Part shown: positions 13,536 to 25,830 of the stretch, one piece after another
How the letters are laid out: every line of letters starts with the position of its first letter
Position numbering within the stretch: position 1 is the first letter of the stretch
DNA from: Octopus bimaculoides
Lineage: Eukaryota
Assembly (NCBI RefSeq): GCF_001194135.2
Contig: NC_068982.1
Span: 70,906,112 to 70,969,160 of the forward strand
Reading direction: 5' to 3'
Length of the DNA: 63,049 nucleotides
Translations under genes and position numbers: made by a program
Notes under the pieces: generated by a model
Seen by the model: only the letters and a program-made list of their open reading frames with translations
What the model was told of the DNA's origin: nothing
Databases searched by the model: none

Positions 13536-13689
13536 AACAAGTATTATATATTTGACAGGCATAGAAAATAAAGTTGACTGTGGCAGGATCTGAACTCAGA
13601 GAGGTGGAACAAATACCATGAAGCTGTCTATATTCTATTCAACACTGTAATGCTTCAGCCAATTTGCAGCCTTCAGGCCATTTCATAAA

Positions 13690-14461
13690 GACAGTATAGC
13701 AACAGTACAACCACCATATAACCACAGTATAACAATTGTATAACGAGCATATAGCCATTATATAACCACTGTAGAACCACCACAGTATAACGGCAATGCA
13801 AGCACAGTAAACCACCATCTAACCACATTACAACCACAGTATAACCATTGTATAACCACTGCATAAAGGGTAAGAGTAAAGACTCCCTTCAGTCATGAAT
13901 GACCATGGGATTGCACCTAGAAAGTCCCCTTCTGAAGCATGATTGTTTATGGAAGACCAGCAGTCACTCATGCATACCAGCCTCCCCTCTCTATGCCACT
14001 GATGTTATCCAAGGGAAATGCAAACACTGATACAGCTTGGCACCAGTGATGTCACAACTCATTTCTACGGCTGAGTGAGCTGGAGCAACGTGAAATAAAG
14101 TGTCTTGTTCAAGAATACAACACACAGCCTGGTCTAGGAATCAAATTCACCACTTCATGATTGTGAGCCCAATGCTCTAACTACTGAACCACATGCCTTC
14201 AGCAGTATAACCACTGAATAACCACCACAGTGTAATAACAGTACAACCACCATATAACCACAATACAACTACAGTATAACCACTGTAAAACTACAGTATA
14301 ACCATCATATGACTAACATGTAACCATAGTATAACCTTTTGTATAACCACCACAGTATAACCATCATATGACTAACATACAACCACAGTATAACCATCAT
14401 ATATCTAACATATAACCTCAGTATAACCATTGTATAACCACTGTATAATTACTGAATAACC
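13690..14461 (-). repeat. Same minisatellite in inverted orientation (cagtataaccac units), split by a SINE at about 13866-14200 and running into the gap
   Basis: Reverse complement of the 11430-11640 units. Confidence 0.85.
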
Positions 14462-15163
14462 NNNNNNNNNNNNNNNNNNNNNNNNNNNNNNNNNNNNNNN
14501 NNNNNNNNNNNNNNNNNNNNNNNNNNNNNNNNNNNNNNNNNNNNNNNNNNNNNNNNNNNNNNNNNNNNNNNNNNNNNNNNNNNNNNNNNNNNNNNNNNNN
14601 NNNNNNNNNNNNNNNNNNNNNNNNNNNNNNNNNNNNNNNNNNNNNNNNNNNNNNNNNNNNNNNNNNNNNNNNNNNNNNNNNNNNNNNNNNNNNNNNNNNN
14701 NNNNNNNNNNNNNNNNNNNNNNNNNNNNNNNNNNNNNNNNNNNNNNNNNNNNNNNNNNNNNNNNNNNNNNNNNNNNNNNNNNNNNNNNNNNNNNNNNNNN
14801 NNNNNNNNNNNNNNNNNNNNNNNNNNNNNNNNNNNNNNNNNNNNNNNNNNNNNNNNNNNNNNNNNNNNNNNNNNNNNNNNNNNNNNNNNNNNNNNNNNNN
14901 NNNNNNNNNNNNNNNNNNNNNNNNNNNNNNNNNNNNNNNNNNNNNNNNNNNNNNNNNNNNNNNNNNNNNNNNNNNNNNNNNNNNNNNNNNNNNNNNNNNN
15001 NNNNNNNNNNNNNNNNNNNNNNNNNNNNNNNNNNNNNNNNNNNNNNNNNNNNNNNNNNNNNNNNNNNNNNNNNNNNNNNNNNNNNNNNNNNNNNNNNNNN
15101 NNNNNNNNNNNNNNNNNNNNNNNNNNNNNNNNNNNNNNNNNNNNNNNNNNNNNNNNNNNNNNN

Positions 15164-15256
15164 CTATCAGAATCGAATATTGAACAAGGAAAATGTATCC
15201 AGCAGCTAAAGCAGAAACTCCAAGACACAGAAAGCGAACGGCACAGACAAATTAAG
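15164..15256 (+). CDS. CEP112: CEP112-like exon D (LSESNIEQGKCIQQLKQKLQDTESERHRQIK); acceptor hidden in N-gap
   Basis: 93 nt open frame from the gap edge to donor aag|GTTGTT. QLKQKLQDTE resembles recalled human QLKQQLQESE, with the same 31-aa segment length. The start coordinate is the gap edge, not an observed AG. Confidence 0.75.
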
Positions 15257-16958
15257 GTTGTTTGTTTTTTTTCGTTTTTTTTTTTCCCCCACCTTATCTT
15301 GGCTTTGAAAGTTATATTGGTTAGGAGTGGCTTTCATCTTAGGTGAATGTCAGCCAGGTGAAAATGATATTAGTTTCTCAGTTAAAAAAAAAAAATCATG
15401 TGTTTTACTTTCTTTTGCTGGTAGCATGGACAAGACACTAAATTTTTATCTGTCCTATTTACTTGACAAGCAGAATAAAGTAACTGTGGAAACTGAAGAG
15501 TGCGTAGAAAAACAAGTTATGCTTTAAAATGTTTCTTTTTCAAATCATAGAGCCAATATAAAGTTCAAATATAAAATTCTGAAATAATGGGGGAACCACA
15601 GTCTCAGAATGACCGATATACATAGATGTCTCAGAACAGACTATGGAGCCTGGTGCAGCCCCTGGCCTTACAAGATATGGTCAAACTGTCCAAGATATGC
15701 CAGCACAGAAAACGGGTATTTAATGATGATGATAATAATCTTAAAAGTAAACAGATACCATCGTTCTTGAAAGATTTATTTCTAGAAACAAAATAATGAA
15801 ATTTCATGCATTTGAATACTTACTCTAGTATTTCCTAGACATGCTTTTGTGCATAAAATACCTTAACAAGTTTAAAGTACTGGTATCTGCACAAACAAAA
15901 CAGTATAATGAGAGGTATCTATTTACTTTTGAGGTGTTTGTCCAGATAGGATGAGTGGGCGAAGGGAAAGAGATTACAATTTTCAGGATCTCTGGAGGAC
16001 ATACATACTGCTGTATGACAATACCTATTATTATTATTATTGAGTGAGACAATACCTATTATTATTATTATTGAGTGAGGGGGATAGTCGATTACATCGA
16101 CCCCAGTGCTCAACTGGTACTTAATTTATCGACCCTGAAAGGATGAAAGGTAAAGTCGACCTCAGCACAATTTGAACTCAGAATATAATAATGGTAATAA
16201 TAATGGTCGTCATTATCATCCTCATTTAATGTCTATGTTCCGTACTGGCATGGGTTGGATGGTTTGACAAGATCCAATCCAATGAGCTAGATGACTGCAT
16301 CAAACTCCTATGTCTACTTTGGCAGGGTTTCTACATCTAGATGTCTTTTCTAATGCCAACCACTTTACATATTGTAACACGGTGCTGCTTTCTTTAATGG
16401 CAACAGCAGGTATGAGGTCACCAAGTAATTTGCAACACCATACCCCTCAACTGAGTAGGATTGCAGTATCGAGGGAGGTGGCTGTGTGTCAGGTGTTGGG
16501 AGGCTAAAGTGTGATAAAGGGACAAGAACTATTATTAATGAGACAGAAGGTCGGAAGAACAACGGAATCATTATTAGAGTGTTGGATAAAATACCTTACA
16601 GTGCTTGTTCCAGCTCTTTACATTCTGAGTTTGAGTGCCATTGGTGTCAGCTTTGCCTTTCTTCCCCCAGGGGTTGATACAATAAAGTACTGGTCATATA
16701 CTGAAATCAGTGGTATCTACTGACCCTTTCCTCTAAATTGCTGGCCTTATGTCTAAATTAGAAATAATTACATAGAGGCAAAAATTATTAAAAAAAAGAA
16801 AATTTAAAGACCCCTGAGTTATTCTTACTGTGGTACAGAGCTAATGAGTTTGCTTTCCAACAACATGGTTCTGGGTTCAGTCCCATTGCATGGCACCTTG
16901 GGCAGACCGACAAAATCCTGTGAGTAGATTTGGTAGACAGAAACTGAAAGAAAACCGT

Positions 16959-16992
<34 letters not shown>

Positions 16993-17396
16993 TGAGAGAG
17001 AGAGTGTGTGCAAGGGTTTGTGTGTGTGTCTTTGTGTCTGTGTTTGTTCCTCACTACCAATTGACAATCGGTGTGTTTACATCCTCCATAACTTAGTGGC
17101 TCAGCAAAAGTGACCAATAGAATAAATAACAGGCTTAAAAAGAAAATAAGTAGCGGGGTCAATTAGTTCAACTAAAATTCCTTAAATTGGTGCTCCAGCA
17201 TGTCTGCAGTCTAATGACCGAAACAAACAAAAGAATAAAAACAAAACACTGGGAGAGGGTTTATTATGTCTCTTTTAGTGAAAGAATGAAATCAGAAAAT
17301 AAAAATTTTTTTATGTTTTTATGATTATTTTATTGGAGTGAGATTATGGTATTACTTCCTTTCAATTGTCTTGATGTATTTTTTTTTTTTTTACAG

Positions 17397-17456
17397 GAAT
17401 TACAAAACACTTATAATGCTGATAAACATAATCTGGAAGAGCTCCATGATAAACAG
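17397..17456 (+). CDS. CEP112: CEP112-like exon E (ELQNTYNADKHNLEELHDKQ)
   Basis: Long poly-T tract + tacAG, donor cag|GTGAAC, 60 nt, phase 0-0. Confidence 0.8.
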
Positions 17457-19226
17457 GTGAACTTGCAATTTTCTTCCCTGCAAACTAGTATTCATCATCA
17501 TCATCATTTAACATCTATTGTCCATGCTGGCATGGGTTGGATGGTGTGACTAGAGCTGACAAGCTGGAAGGCTGCACCAGACTCCAGTCTGATTTGGTAT
17601 GGTTTCTACAGCTGGATGCTCTTCCTAACGCCAACTATTTTACAATGTGTGCTGGGTGCTTTTATGAGGCAGTGCATGAGTGCTTTTATGTGGTATTGCA
17701 CAGGTGCTTTTATGTGGCACCGCAAGGCGCTTGTATGTGACACTGCACAGTTGCCTTTACGTGGTGTCGCATGGGCGCTTTTTCCTACTTTGTCACCAAC
17801 ACTATCATCACTACTGACTGACGTCACCTTTACTAGAAACCATTACTACCAAAACAATGACACCCTGACTAAGATGGCCATTTGGTAGAGTCTTTAGTAT
17901 ATCAGATAAATACTCATGCTATCATGGAGGCATGGAGATTAGTGGTTATAACGTTGGACTCATGATTATAAGACTGAGGTTTCAATTCCTGGACCGGGTG
18001 ATGCATTGTACTCTTGAGCAAAATACTTCATTTAACATTGCTCCAGTCCACTCAGCTGGCAAAAATGAGTAATCCTGCAATGGACCAGTGGCCCATCAAG
18101 GCGAGGAATATATAACACCACAGAATCTGGGAATCTGGCCTTGTGATTCTGTGGCTTAAGAAGGAATTTCAATCTTTGTTTTTTTGGTTTTGTTTTTTTT
18201 TACTCATGCTCTTTGACTATCACACTTTTTGCTCTGAGCTCAGATTCTTCCATGGTTAACCATAGCTTTCATCATCCTTCGAAGGTCAAAAGAAAATGTA
18301 CTAATCCAGGGCAGTGACTTGGAGGAACTTTAAGATCTTTGGATCACATGATTTGTGGTATTTGTTCTAGTGCATTTCATTTCAAGTTCAAATTTCACCA
18401 TGGCCTACATGGATGGGAGACTCAATCCATATGTGTGTATGCACACACATACACATATTCGCACACAAATACACAGTGGCATGCACACAGACACCTACAG
18501 ACGATCTCATGCACAAATATACATGCACAGTTACAGCCAAGAGTTAAAAAAAAAAAAAATCTGCAATGTTTGCACAGGCAGAACTATCCTCCCCCCCCCA
18601 CTACTTCTAGAAATCACCGTCACCATATTAAGCTTCACTTCTTACGCTATTATTACAGGACAAATAATTCTGTTGAATAGTCTGCCCCCACCATTTCTCT
18701 GCAACTGTTCCTAACTCGCTGCAACTCTCTGAAACAAATCTATTATATTTCTGTCTTGCTCCACTCCATAACATTAGTCAGTAGTTTAATAATGCATTTA
18801 TTTCCCAATAGTCATCGGCTGTTCTCACCTCATTGCATTCCCATAACAATCAAATCACACTTTTTAATTTTCTAAACTTCTTCGTATAATCTTGAAGCTC
18901 CACAGATTCAAATCATGATTCCATCCATCTTTAGTTTGATTTAAAGTTTCCACACTCTGTCTCACTAAGTAACAACAAGCATACAAACAAATATGCATGG
19001 AAACACACACACACACACTTTCTCTTTCATACAGACATATATACAAATACATGCATACTTGCAAATATATATATATAAATATATGCACATGCACACACAT
19101 AGGTGCATGCACACATACACATTCTCACACACACACTGTCATGCACATATAAACATACAGACTTTCTTATTCACACGATTATTGCATTCACATATCCACA
19201 CATACATGCAGAAATACATACACACT

Positions 19227-19270
<44 letters not shown>

Positions 19271-19566
19271 AGAGACTGTCATGTACACATATATGTACAG
19301 AATCTCTCATACAAACACACAGACACACATACTCTTATTCACACTCATGCACACATGCAAACACACACACACATGTACATATGCACATGTATTGACATAG
19401 TTTTCCTTCTCTCTGAGATGGCTGTCTGTACACACAACATCACTATATATGGCATACTGAGGTGTTCTGATAAAAATCAGTTTACTAATTTCTACAGATG
19501 GAAGTTTTCTTATCTCTTGGCTAGTATAAAACACTCACTGGTTCCGCCACTTTCACCAAATCTCAG

Positions 19567-19580
19567 GTTACCAAGGTAAC
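19567..19580. promoter_or_regulatory. RFX X-box motif GTTACCAAGGTAAC
   Basis: Exact fit to the GTNRCC-N2-RGYAAC consensus, in repeat-free sequence that retains CpGs. Function not demonstrated. Confidence 0.5.
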
Positions 19581-20027
19581 GCAAGTTGTTTATCACTTCA
19601 ATACACCTTGTCCAAATAAAACTGAACTTATAGCTTCCCATTTACTATATAACTAAACTGATCGCTGTAATGGTGGTGTTTAAAGAACGGCTTGCTTTAT
19701 GTTAACAATTTATCAATTTGTACAGAGGACAGCTAGAATCAAAATGATATTAGTTCTTAATATGTTTTGGCAAATTTAAATGTTAATATGTTAATCGCTA
19801 TTGTATTTTGTTATTGAGGAATGACATCTTTCAGATAAATGTGTGTTCATAATATCATAATACACTTGGTTCATTTGAGTCAGGGGATTTTGGGACACCC
19901 AGTGTTTCGATATCATTGTGTCTCCTCAGCTAAAACTACCCTGGACTAATGAATTTAACAAGAGTTTGTGGCTCTTGCTTATAGAATTCAGCAAATAAAT
20001 TATCTGCTGATGTGCATTAATGTCTAC

Positions 20028-20087
<60 letters not shown>

Positions 20088-21464
20088 TTAACATTTGTTT
20101 TCTATACTGGTATGGGCTGGATGGTTTGACCAGAGTTGGCAAGCAGAGGAGCTGTACCAGGCTCCACTCTGATTTGGCTAGGTTTCTATGGCTGGATGCC
20201 CTTACTAATGCCAGCTGCTTTACAGTGTGTGCAGGGAGCAATTAATGTGGCACCAGCATGATTTAATGTGGCACAGGTATGGTGCCAACCAACAGTAATC
20301 ATCATGGGTACAGTGAACAACAAGAATCATAACAATGATGTAAATATTCATTCTTAATATGTTCCAGGAGATTTGAATGTGAATATGCTAGTCACTGTTG
20401 TATTTCACCATCAGAGAACACCGTCTTCATTCAGATGATGTATGTTGACAAACACACTCAATTCATTGACATAAGGGGACTTCGACACAAGTGTTTTGAC
20501 TTGGTTGTACCTCTTTAGTCAAAGCTACCCCCAGATCAATGAATCTGAAAGAGAATAGTGGCTCTTTTTTTACAGAATTCAGGAAGCAAGTTATTTATTG
20601 ATGCATGCTGATGTTTGCCAAATCAATAATAAATTACTAAGCACACAGGGAACGGCAAAAATCAAAATGATGACATGCATATTCATTCTAAATAAACTTT
20701 GCTACAAGACATTTTAGTCAGATAAGAGAAAAAAGTCTGGAGCTTGAACCTGATTATAAAGGTTGGCATCACTCATTTTCTTTGATCAGTTTTGATCCTT
20801 TTATCATGAGGTTTCTTTATTGCTGATTTCTAAATCAGACAGATAAAAGGAATAAACAATGACTGAGGCTGTGCAAGAGTCATATTTGACTCTTGTTCAT
20901 TTAGCCATGTTGATAAATAAAAATAAAACTGATAATTTTTTGTGAATTCAACTTAATGAGAGGTTACCTCCTTCTCTGCAGTGCTAACCATGTGTGGTTG
21001 TGTAATTAAAAAGTTTGCTTTCGATAGTTTTGAGTTCAGTCTCACTGCATGGTACCTTCATCAAATGTCTTCTACTATAGCAACTTGGCCAACCAATGCC
21101 TTGTTGAGTGGATTTGTTAGATGGAAACTGAAAGAAGCCCATCATTTACATATATATACAGTTTCTATCTACCAAATCCATTCACAAGACATTGGTCAGC
21201 CAGGGGCTGTAGAAAAAGATGCACAAAGTGCTTCACAGTAGGATTGAACCCAAGCCCACATGGCTGAAAAATTTTGCCTTTGAAGGATCTGATCTCACGA
21301 TTATAAGATACTATAACTAGCATACTAGCTATCTATCCTCTGTGCTAACTACATATCTTCATCTTACCACTAATATAGATACTGAATTCATTACTGATGA
21401 AATTAAATTTCCTTGACACATTTAAAACACAATGATTTTTTAATCTTGTTTTATTTTTCTCTAG

Positions 21465-21544
21465 GTCCAGTCACTTGAGAATGAATTATCACAAGCTCAA
21501 ATAAAGTATCTTAAATCATTACAAAAGCTGGAATCAATGGTCAG
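21465..21544 (+). CDS. CEP112: CEP112-like exon F (VQSLENELSQAQIKYLKSLQKLESMV)
   Basis: ttatttttctctAG / GTAAAT, 80 nt, phase 0-2. Confidence 0.8.
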
Positions 21545-21641
21545 GTAAATACATAAAAACATATTTGAGCTATAGCTGTAATAAGACATAGACATAAAAA
21601 TATCATTCCTAGAAATTAGTGTATCTAAATTATCATTGTTA

Positions 21642-22107
21642 CTCTTTTACTCTTTTACTTGTTTCAGTCATTTGACTGTGGCCATGCTGGAGCACCACCT
21701 TTAGTCGAGCAAATCAACCCCATGACTTATTCTTTGTAAGCCTAGTACTTATTCTTATTTCTTTATTGCCCACAAGGGGCTAAACACAGAGGGGACAAAC
21801 AAGGACAGACAAATGGATTTAGTCGATTACATCGACCCCAGTGCGTAACTGGTACTTAATTTATCGACCCCGAAAGGATGAAAGGCAAAGTCGACCTCAG
21901 CGGAATTTGAACTCAGAAAGTAACGGCAGACGAAATACCGCTAAGCATTTCGCCCGGCGTGCTAACGATTCTGCCAGCTCGCCGCCTTTTTTAAGTCTAG
22001 TACTTATTCTATCGGTCTCTTTTTGCCGAACTGCTAAGTTACGGGGACGTAAACACACCAGCATCGGTTGTCAAGCGATGTTGAAGGGGACAAACACAGA
22101 CATACAA

Positions 22108-22162
<55 letters not shown>

Positions 22163-22327
22163 TACGACGGGCTTCTTTCAGTTTCCGTCTACCAAATCCA
22201 CTCACAAGACTTTGGTCAGCCCGAGGCTATAGTAGAAGACACTTGCCCAAGGTGCCATGCAGTGGGACTGAACCTGGAACCATGTGGTTGGTAAGCAAGT
22301 TACTTACCACACAGCCACTCCTTCGCC
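21642..22327 (-). mobile_element. SINE family B copy with a nested family C insertion
   Basis: Reverse complement of the family B consensus, split by 21756-21988. Confidence 0.85.
21756..21988 (-). mobile_element. SINE family C, young full-length copy with 19-bp TSD
   Basis: taagcctagtacttattct (21737-21755) and taagtctagtacttattct (21992-22010). Nearly identical to 9090-9322. Confidence 0.88.
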
Positions 22328-23070
22328 TATGTTAATCAAAGTTTTCAAAATTTCTTGCAAGCTGTTGAAGGAAGATAAAACATTGAATTTTCAACCTGAG
22401 CTCAGTGTTAAGAGTAACTTGTTTGATAGGTAATATGCAGTGGATATATATATCATCTTTGTTTTAATGTTCACATTTGCATGATTATATGGGTCAAACA
22501 GAATCTTGTTGAGGCAGATTTTTTTTAGACAAATGCCTTTCCTGTCACCAACCTTCACCAGTTTCCCTTTGACCCAACATGTTTTCACAGAGCATTAACA
22601 AAGGAAGCCACTTGTATGATGGTAACATTCATTTACAACTATCATGTGAAATCAAGGAAAGGAGATACACATACACACACACACACACACACATGATGAG
22701 CTTCCTTCACTTTCCGTCCACCAGATGTAACTTAAAAGGCTTTAGTTTGCTTCAGGCTATAGTAGAAAACACTTGCCCAAGGTGCCATGCAGTGGGACTG
22801 AACCTAAAGCAATGTCTTGGGCCAACCAAAGCCTTGTGAGTGGATTTCGCAGACGGAAACTGAAAGAAGCCCGTCGTATATATATGTATATATGTTTGTA
22901 TGTCTGTGTTTGTCCCCCACCCCCACCCCAGGACTTATTCTTTGTAAGCCTAGTATTTATCTTGTCAGTTTCTTTTGCCAAACCGCTAAGTTACGGGGAC
23001 ATAAAACACACCAACATCAGTTGTCAAGTGATGGCAAGGAAGTGGGGGGAAAACACAGACACACAAATAA

Positions 23071-23126
<56 letters not shown>

Positions 23127-23156
23127 GTGTGTGTGTGTACGTGTGTGTATGTGTAT

Positions 23157-23189
<33 letters not shown>

Positions 23190-23516
23190 CACACACACAC
23201 CCACACACAATGGTCTTCTTTCAGTTTTTGTCTACCACACATAGATATATATGTGTCTGTGTGTCTTCATGTCAGTGTTTGTCCCCCACCACTGCTTGAC
23301 AACTGGTGTTGATGTGTTAACATCCCCATAACTTAGCAGTTCAGCAAAAGAGATGAATAGAATAAGTTACCAGGCTTATAAAATAAATACTGGGGTCCAA
23401 TTGTTTGACTAAAATTCTTCAAGATGGTACCCCAGCATGGCCACAGTCTAATGACTGAAATAAGTAAAAAAGAAAAAGCTATAATATACAAAAGTTTTAC
23501 TGATTAAATATTTGTG

Positions 23517-23923
23517 TACTAGCTGACCCTGTGCCGTCAATAATGACGGCTAATTGTAGCATTTTATATATAAACTCAGAAAATGCAAACCTCCACCAAA
23601 ACACCAATGTCCTCTCAGCGATTAACCAGAGATGATTTTTAAAATGAGAATATCTGAAATAAACTCGACTGCTCTCACAAACAAGAATGCTAAAAATGAA
23701 CCCGACTACTCTCAAAAATTAACTAAAAAAACAGGCAAAATAATCCAGAATCCTTGTCCAATACCAGATCGACCCCAAAATCTAATCAATTCATGCCAGT
23801 CATGAGGCTAAACATCCCTGAAAGTTTCATCCAAATCCATCCAGCAGTTTTTGAGATATCTTGTCCATGGACAAACAAACACAACTGAAAACAATACCTC
23901 CACCTTCACTAAGGCAGAGGTAA
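23517..23923. mobile_element. Helentron/HINE-like non-autonomous element
   Basis: Subterminal aacctcc.ccaa, (CAAA)n and a terminal hairpin acctccaccttcactaaggcagaggt. Extra hairpin gccgtcaataatgacggc at 23533-23550. Homologous to 38388-38735. Confidence 0.55.
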
Positions 23924-24829
23924 TAAAGTACAAAATAAGGTACATAATGATCATACATATGAACATTCACATACTTCCCTTGTACATGCACACACATACA
24001 CACATATACTCACACAGGGTTGAAATGCTGATTTTTTTTTCACCCCTTTCTTCCTTATTCATCTATCACCCCTTCCTTTCTCCCATTGCTATTACTTTCT
24101 TTCACTCCCTCTCAGTCAGGGCTATTACTCTCACTACTTCTCCTTCACTGAATTACTTTTTTCTCTCCTCTCTCACATCCGGCGTGATTCTGGACAAATA
24201 TATAAAAACACTATGCTCATTATTATATTAGGAGATGTTTTTACAAAATAAGTTTTACAGAAAAAGGAAAATTTTATTTTATTAACTGTTTTGCACTCTC
24301 TTGCAGCTTATCAAAGTTTAAAGTTTGTTCTCCATGTGTATGTGTGTTGGTGTATGACAGTTTGAGAAAGTTGACATTTCATGGCTTCACATGAATGAAA
24401 CAGTGAATGATGTTTATATTCTTTGTTGGCATTATGACTCGTTGCCCTGTACTTCCAAAAACTTATTGAATAGAAAAGAAAATCAGCTAGTTATAAAATC
24501 TTTGTAAGAGATGGAAGCAGTAACTGTACTGGCAAGAATTTTTTGTTGCCAGGGACCATCTTAAGCTTGTTCTCAACTCCTGCACCATTCAACCAGCACG
24601 ACTTGAACACTTTGCTTGGAACCAGCATTAGATGGTTTGACTAGAGCTGGTAAGCCAGAAGGTTGTACCAGGTTCCAGTCTGATTTGGCGTGGTTTCTAC
24701 AGCTGGATGCCCTTCCTAACGTCAACTACTCCAAGTAGTAATGGATATTGAATCCAGATAGTGTGCTACTAAGGCAGAAAAACATATCCATGACTTCTAA
24801 CCTTTTACCCTTGATGTATATCAATGGTG

Positions 24830-25213
24830 GGAGGCGCAATGGCCCAGTGGTTAGGGCAGCGGACTCGCGGTCATAGGATCGTGGTTTCGTTTCCTAGACC
24901 AGGCGTTGTGAGTGTTTATTGAGCGAAAACAGCTAAAGCTCCACGAGGCTCCGGCAGGGGATGGTGGCGAACCCTGCTGTACTCTCACCACATCTTTCTC
25001 TCACTCTTACTTCCTGTTTCTGTTGTGCCTGTAATTCAAAGGGTCAGCCTTGTCACACTGTGTCACGCTGAATATACCCGAGAACTACGTTAAGGGTACA
25101 CGTGTCTGTGGAGTGCTCAGCCACTTGCATGTCAATTTCACGAGCAGGCTGTTCCGTTGATCGGATCAACTGGAACCCTCGACGTCGTAAGCGACGGAGT
25201 GCCAACAACAACA
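24830..25213 (+). mobile_element. SINE family A, full length with 12-bp TSD
   Basis: atatcaatggtg at 24818-24829 and 25214-25225. Near-identical to 11641-12029. Confidence 0.9.
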
Positions 25214-25269
25214 ATATCAATGGTGAGATATATGGCTTAGCTGGTGCTGGTTGTAGCATGGCTAAAGAC

Positions 25270-25830
25270 TTCTAAGACTGATTGTAAGTCCAAATTCATC
25301 ACACACAGTTGAAAAGACCCCATGAGGAATCCCTGACCTTCCTCACTGTGGCTCATGAGACAGCAATCATCAGCATAAAGGAGATCATGAATGAGTCATG
25401 AACATTTTTGTTACTGCAGTAAAGCAACAGATTTTGAAAAGCTTCCTTCTTGGACAGTAACAAATGTAGATACCAGTATTGCTGTGTGCTAAGTGTTAGG
25501 CTCACAAGGTAACAATAGCAATGTAGGGACCAGTTTAATAACAGATAACCCAGTTTAATAACAGATTCAGCTGAGATGGGTTCTAGTAGTTCACCGTCAG
25601 CACAAAGCCATGCTTTCATGTCATTAAGAAATCAAATGATCCCTGTGGACATTTCTGGACACCCCAGTTTGGTAAGATCAGTGAAACACTGATGCAGGTC
25701 AATACAGTTGTTCTCTGCACTTCTCATTAACCTTGTTGGATGGTAAAGAGCACATCAGTTGTGCCTCGATTTGACCGAAAGCCACATTGTGACTCAGGAA
25801 GAAGGCCAGGTACAACATGGTCCAGCAACG
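25270..25830 (-). mobile_element. RTE-BovB-like LINE reverse transcriptase fragment (pseudogenised)
   Basis: Minus-strand remnants LPESQCGFRSNRGTTD, EKCREQ, FTDLTK, GCPE, DGELLEP, DLLYADDC, FGLTIS, with frameshifts. Confidence 0.88.
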
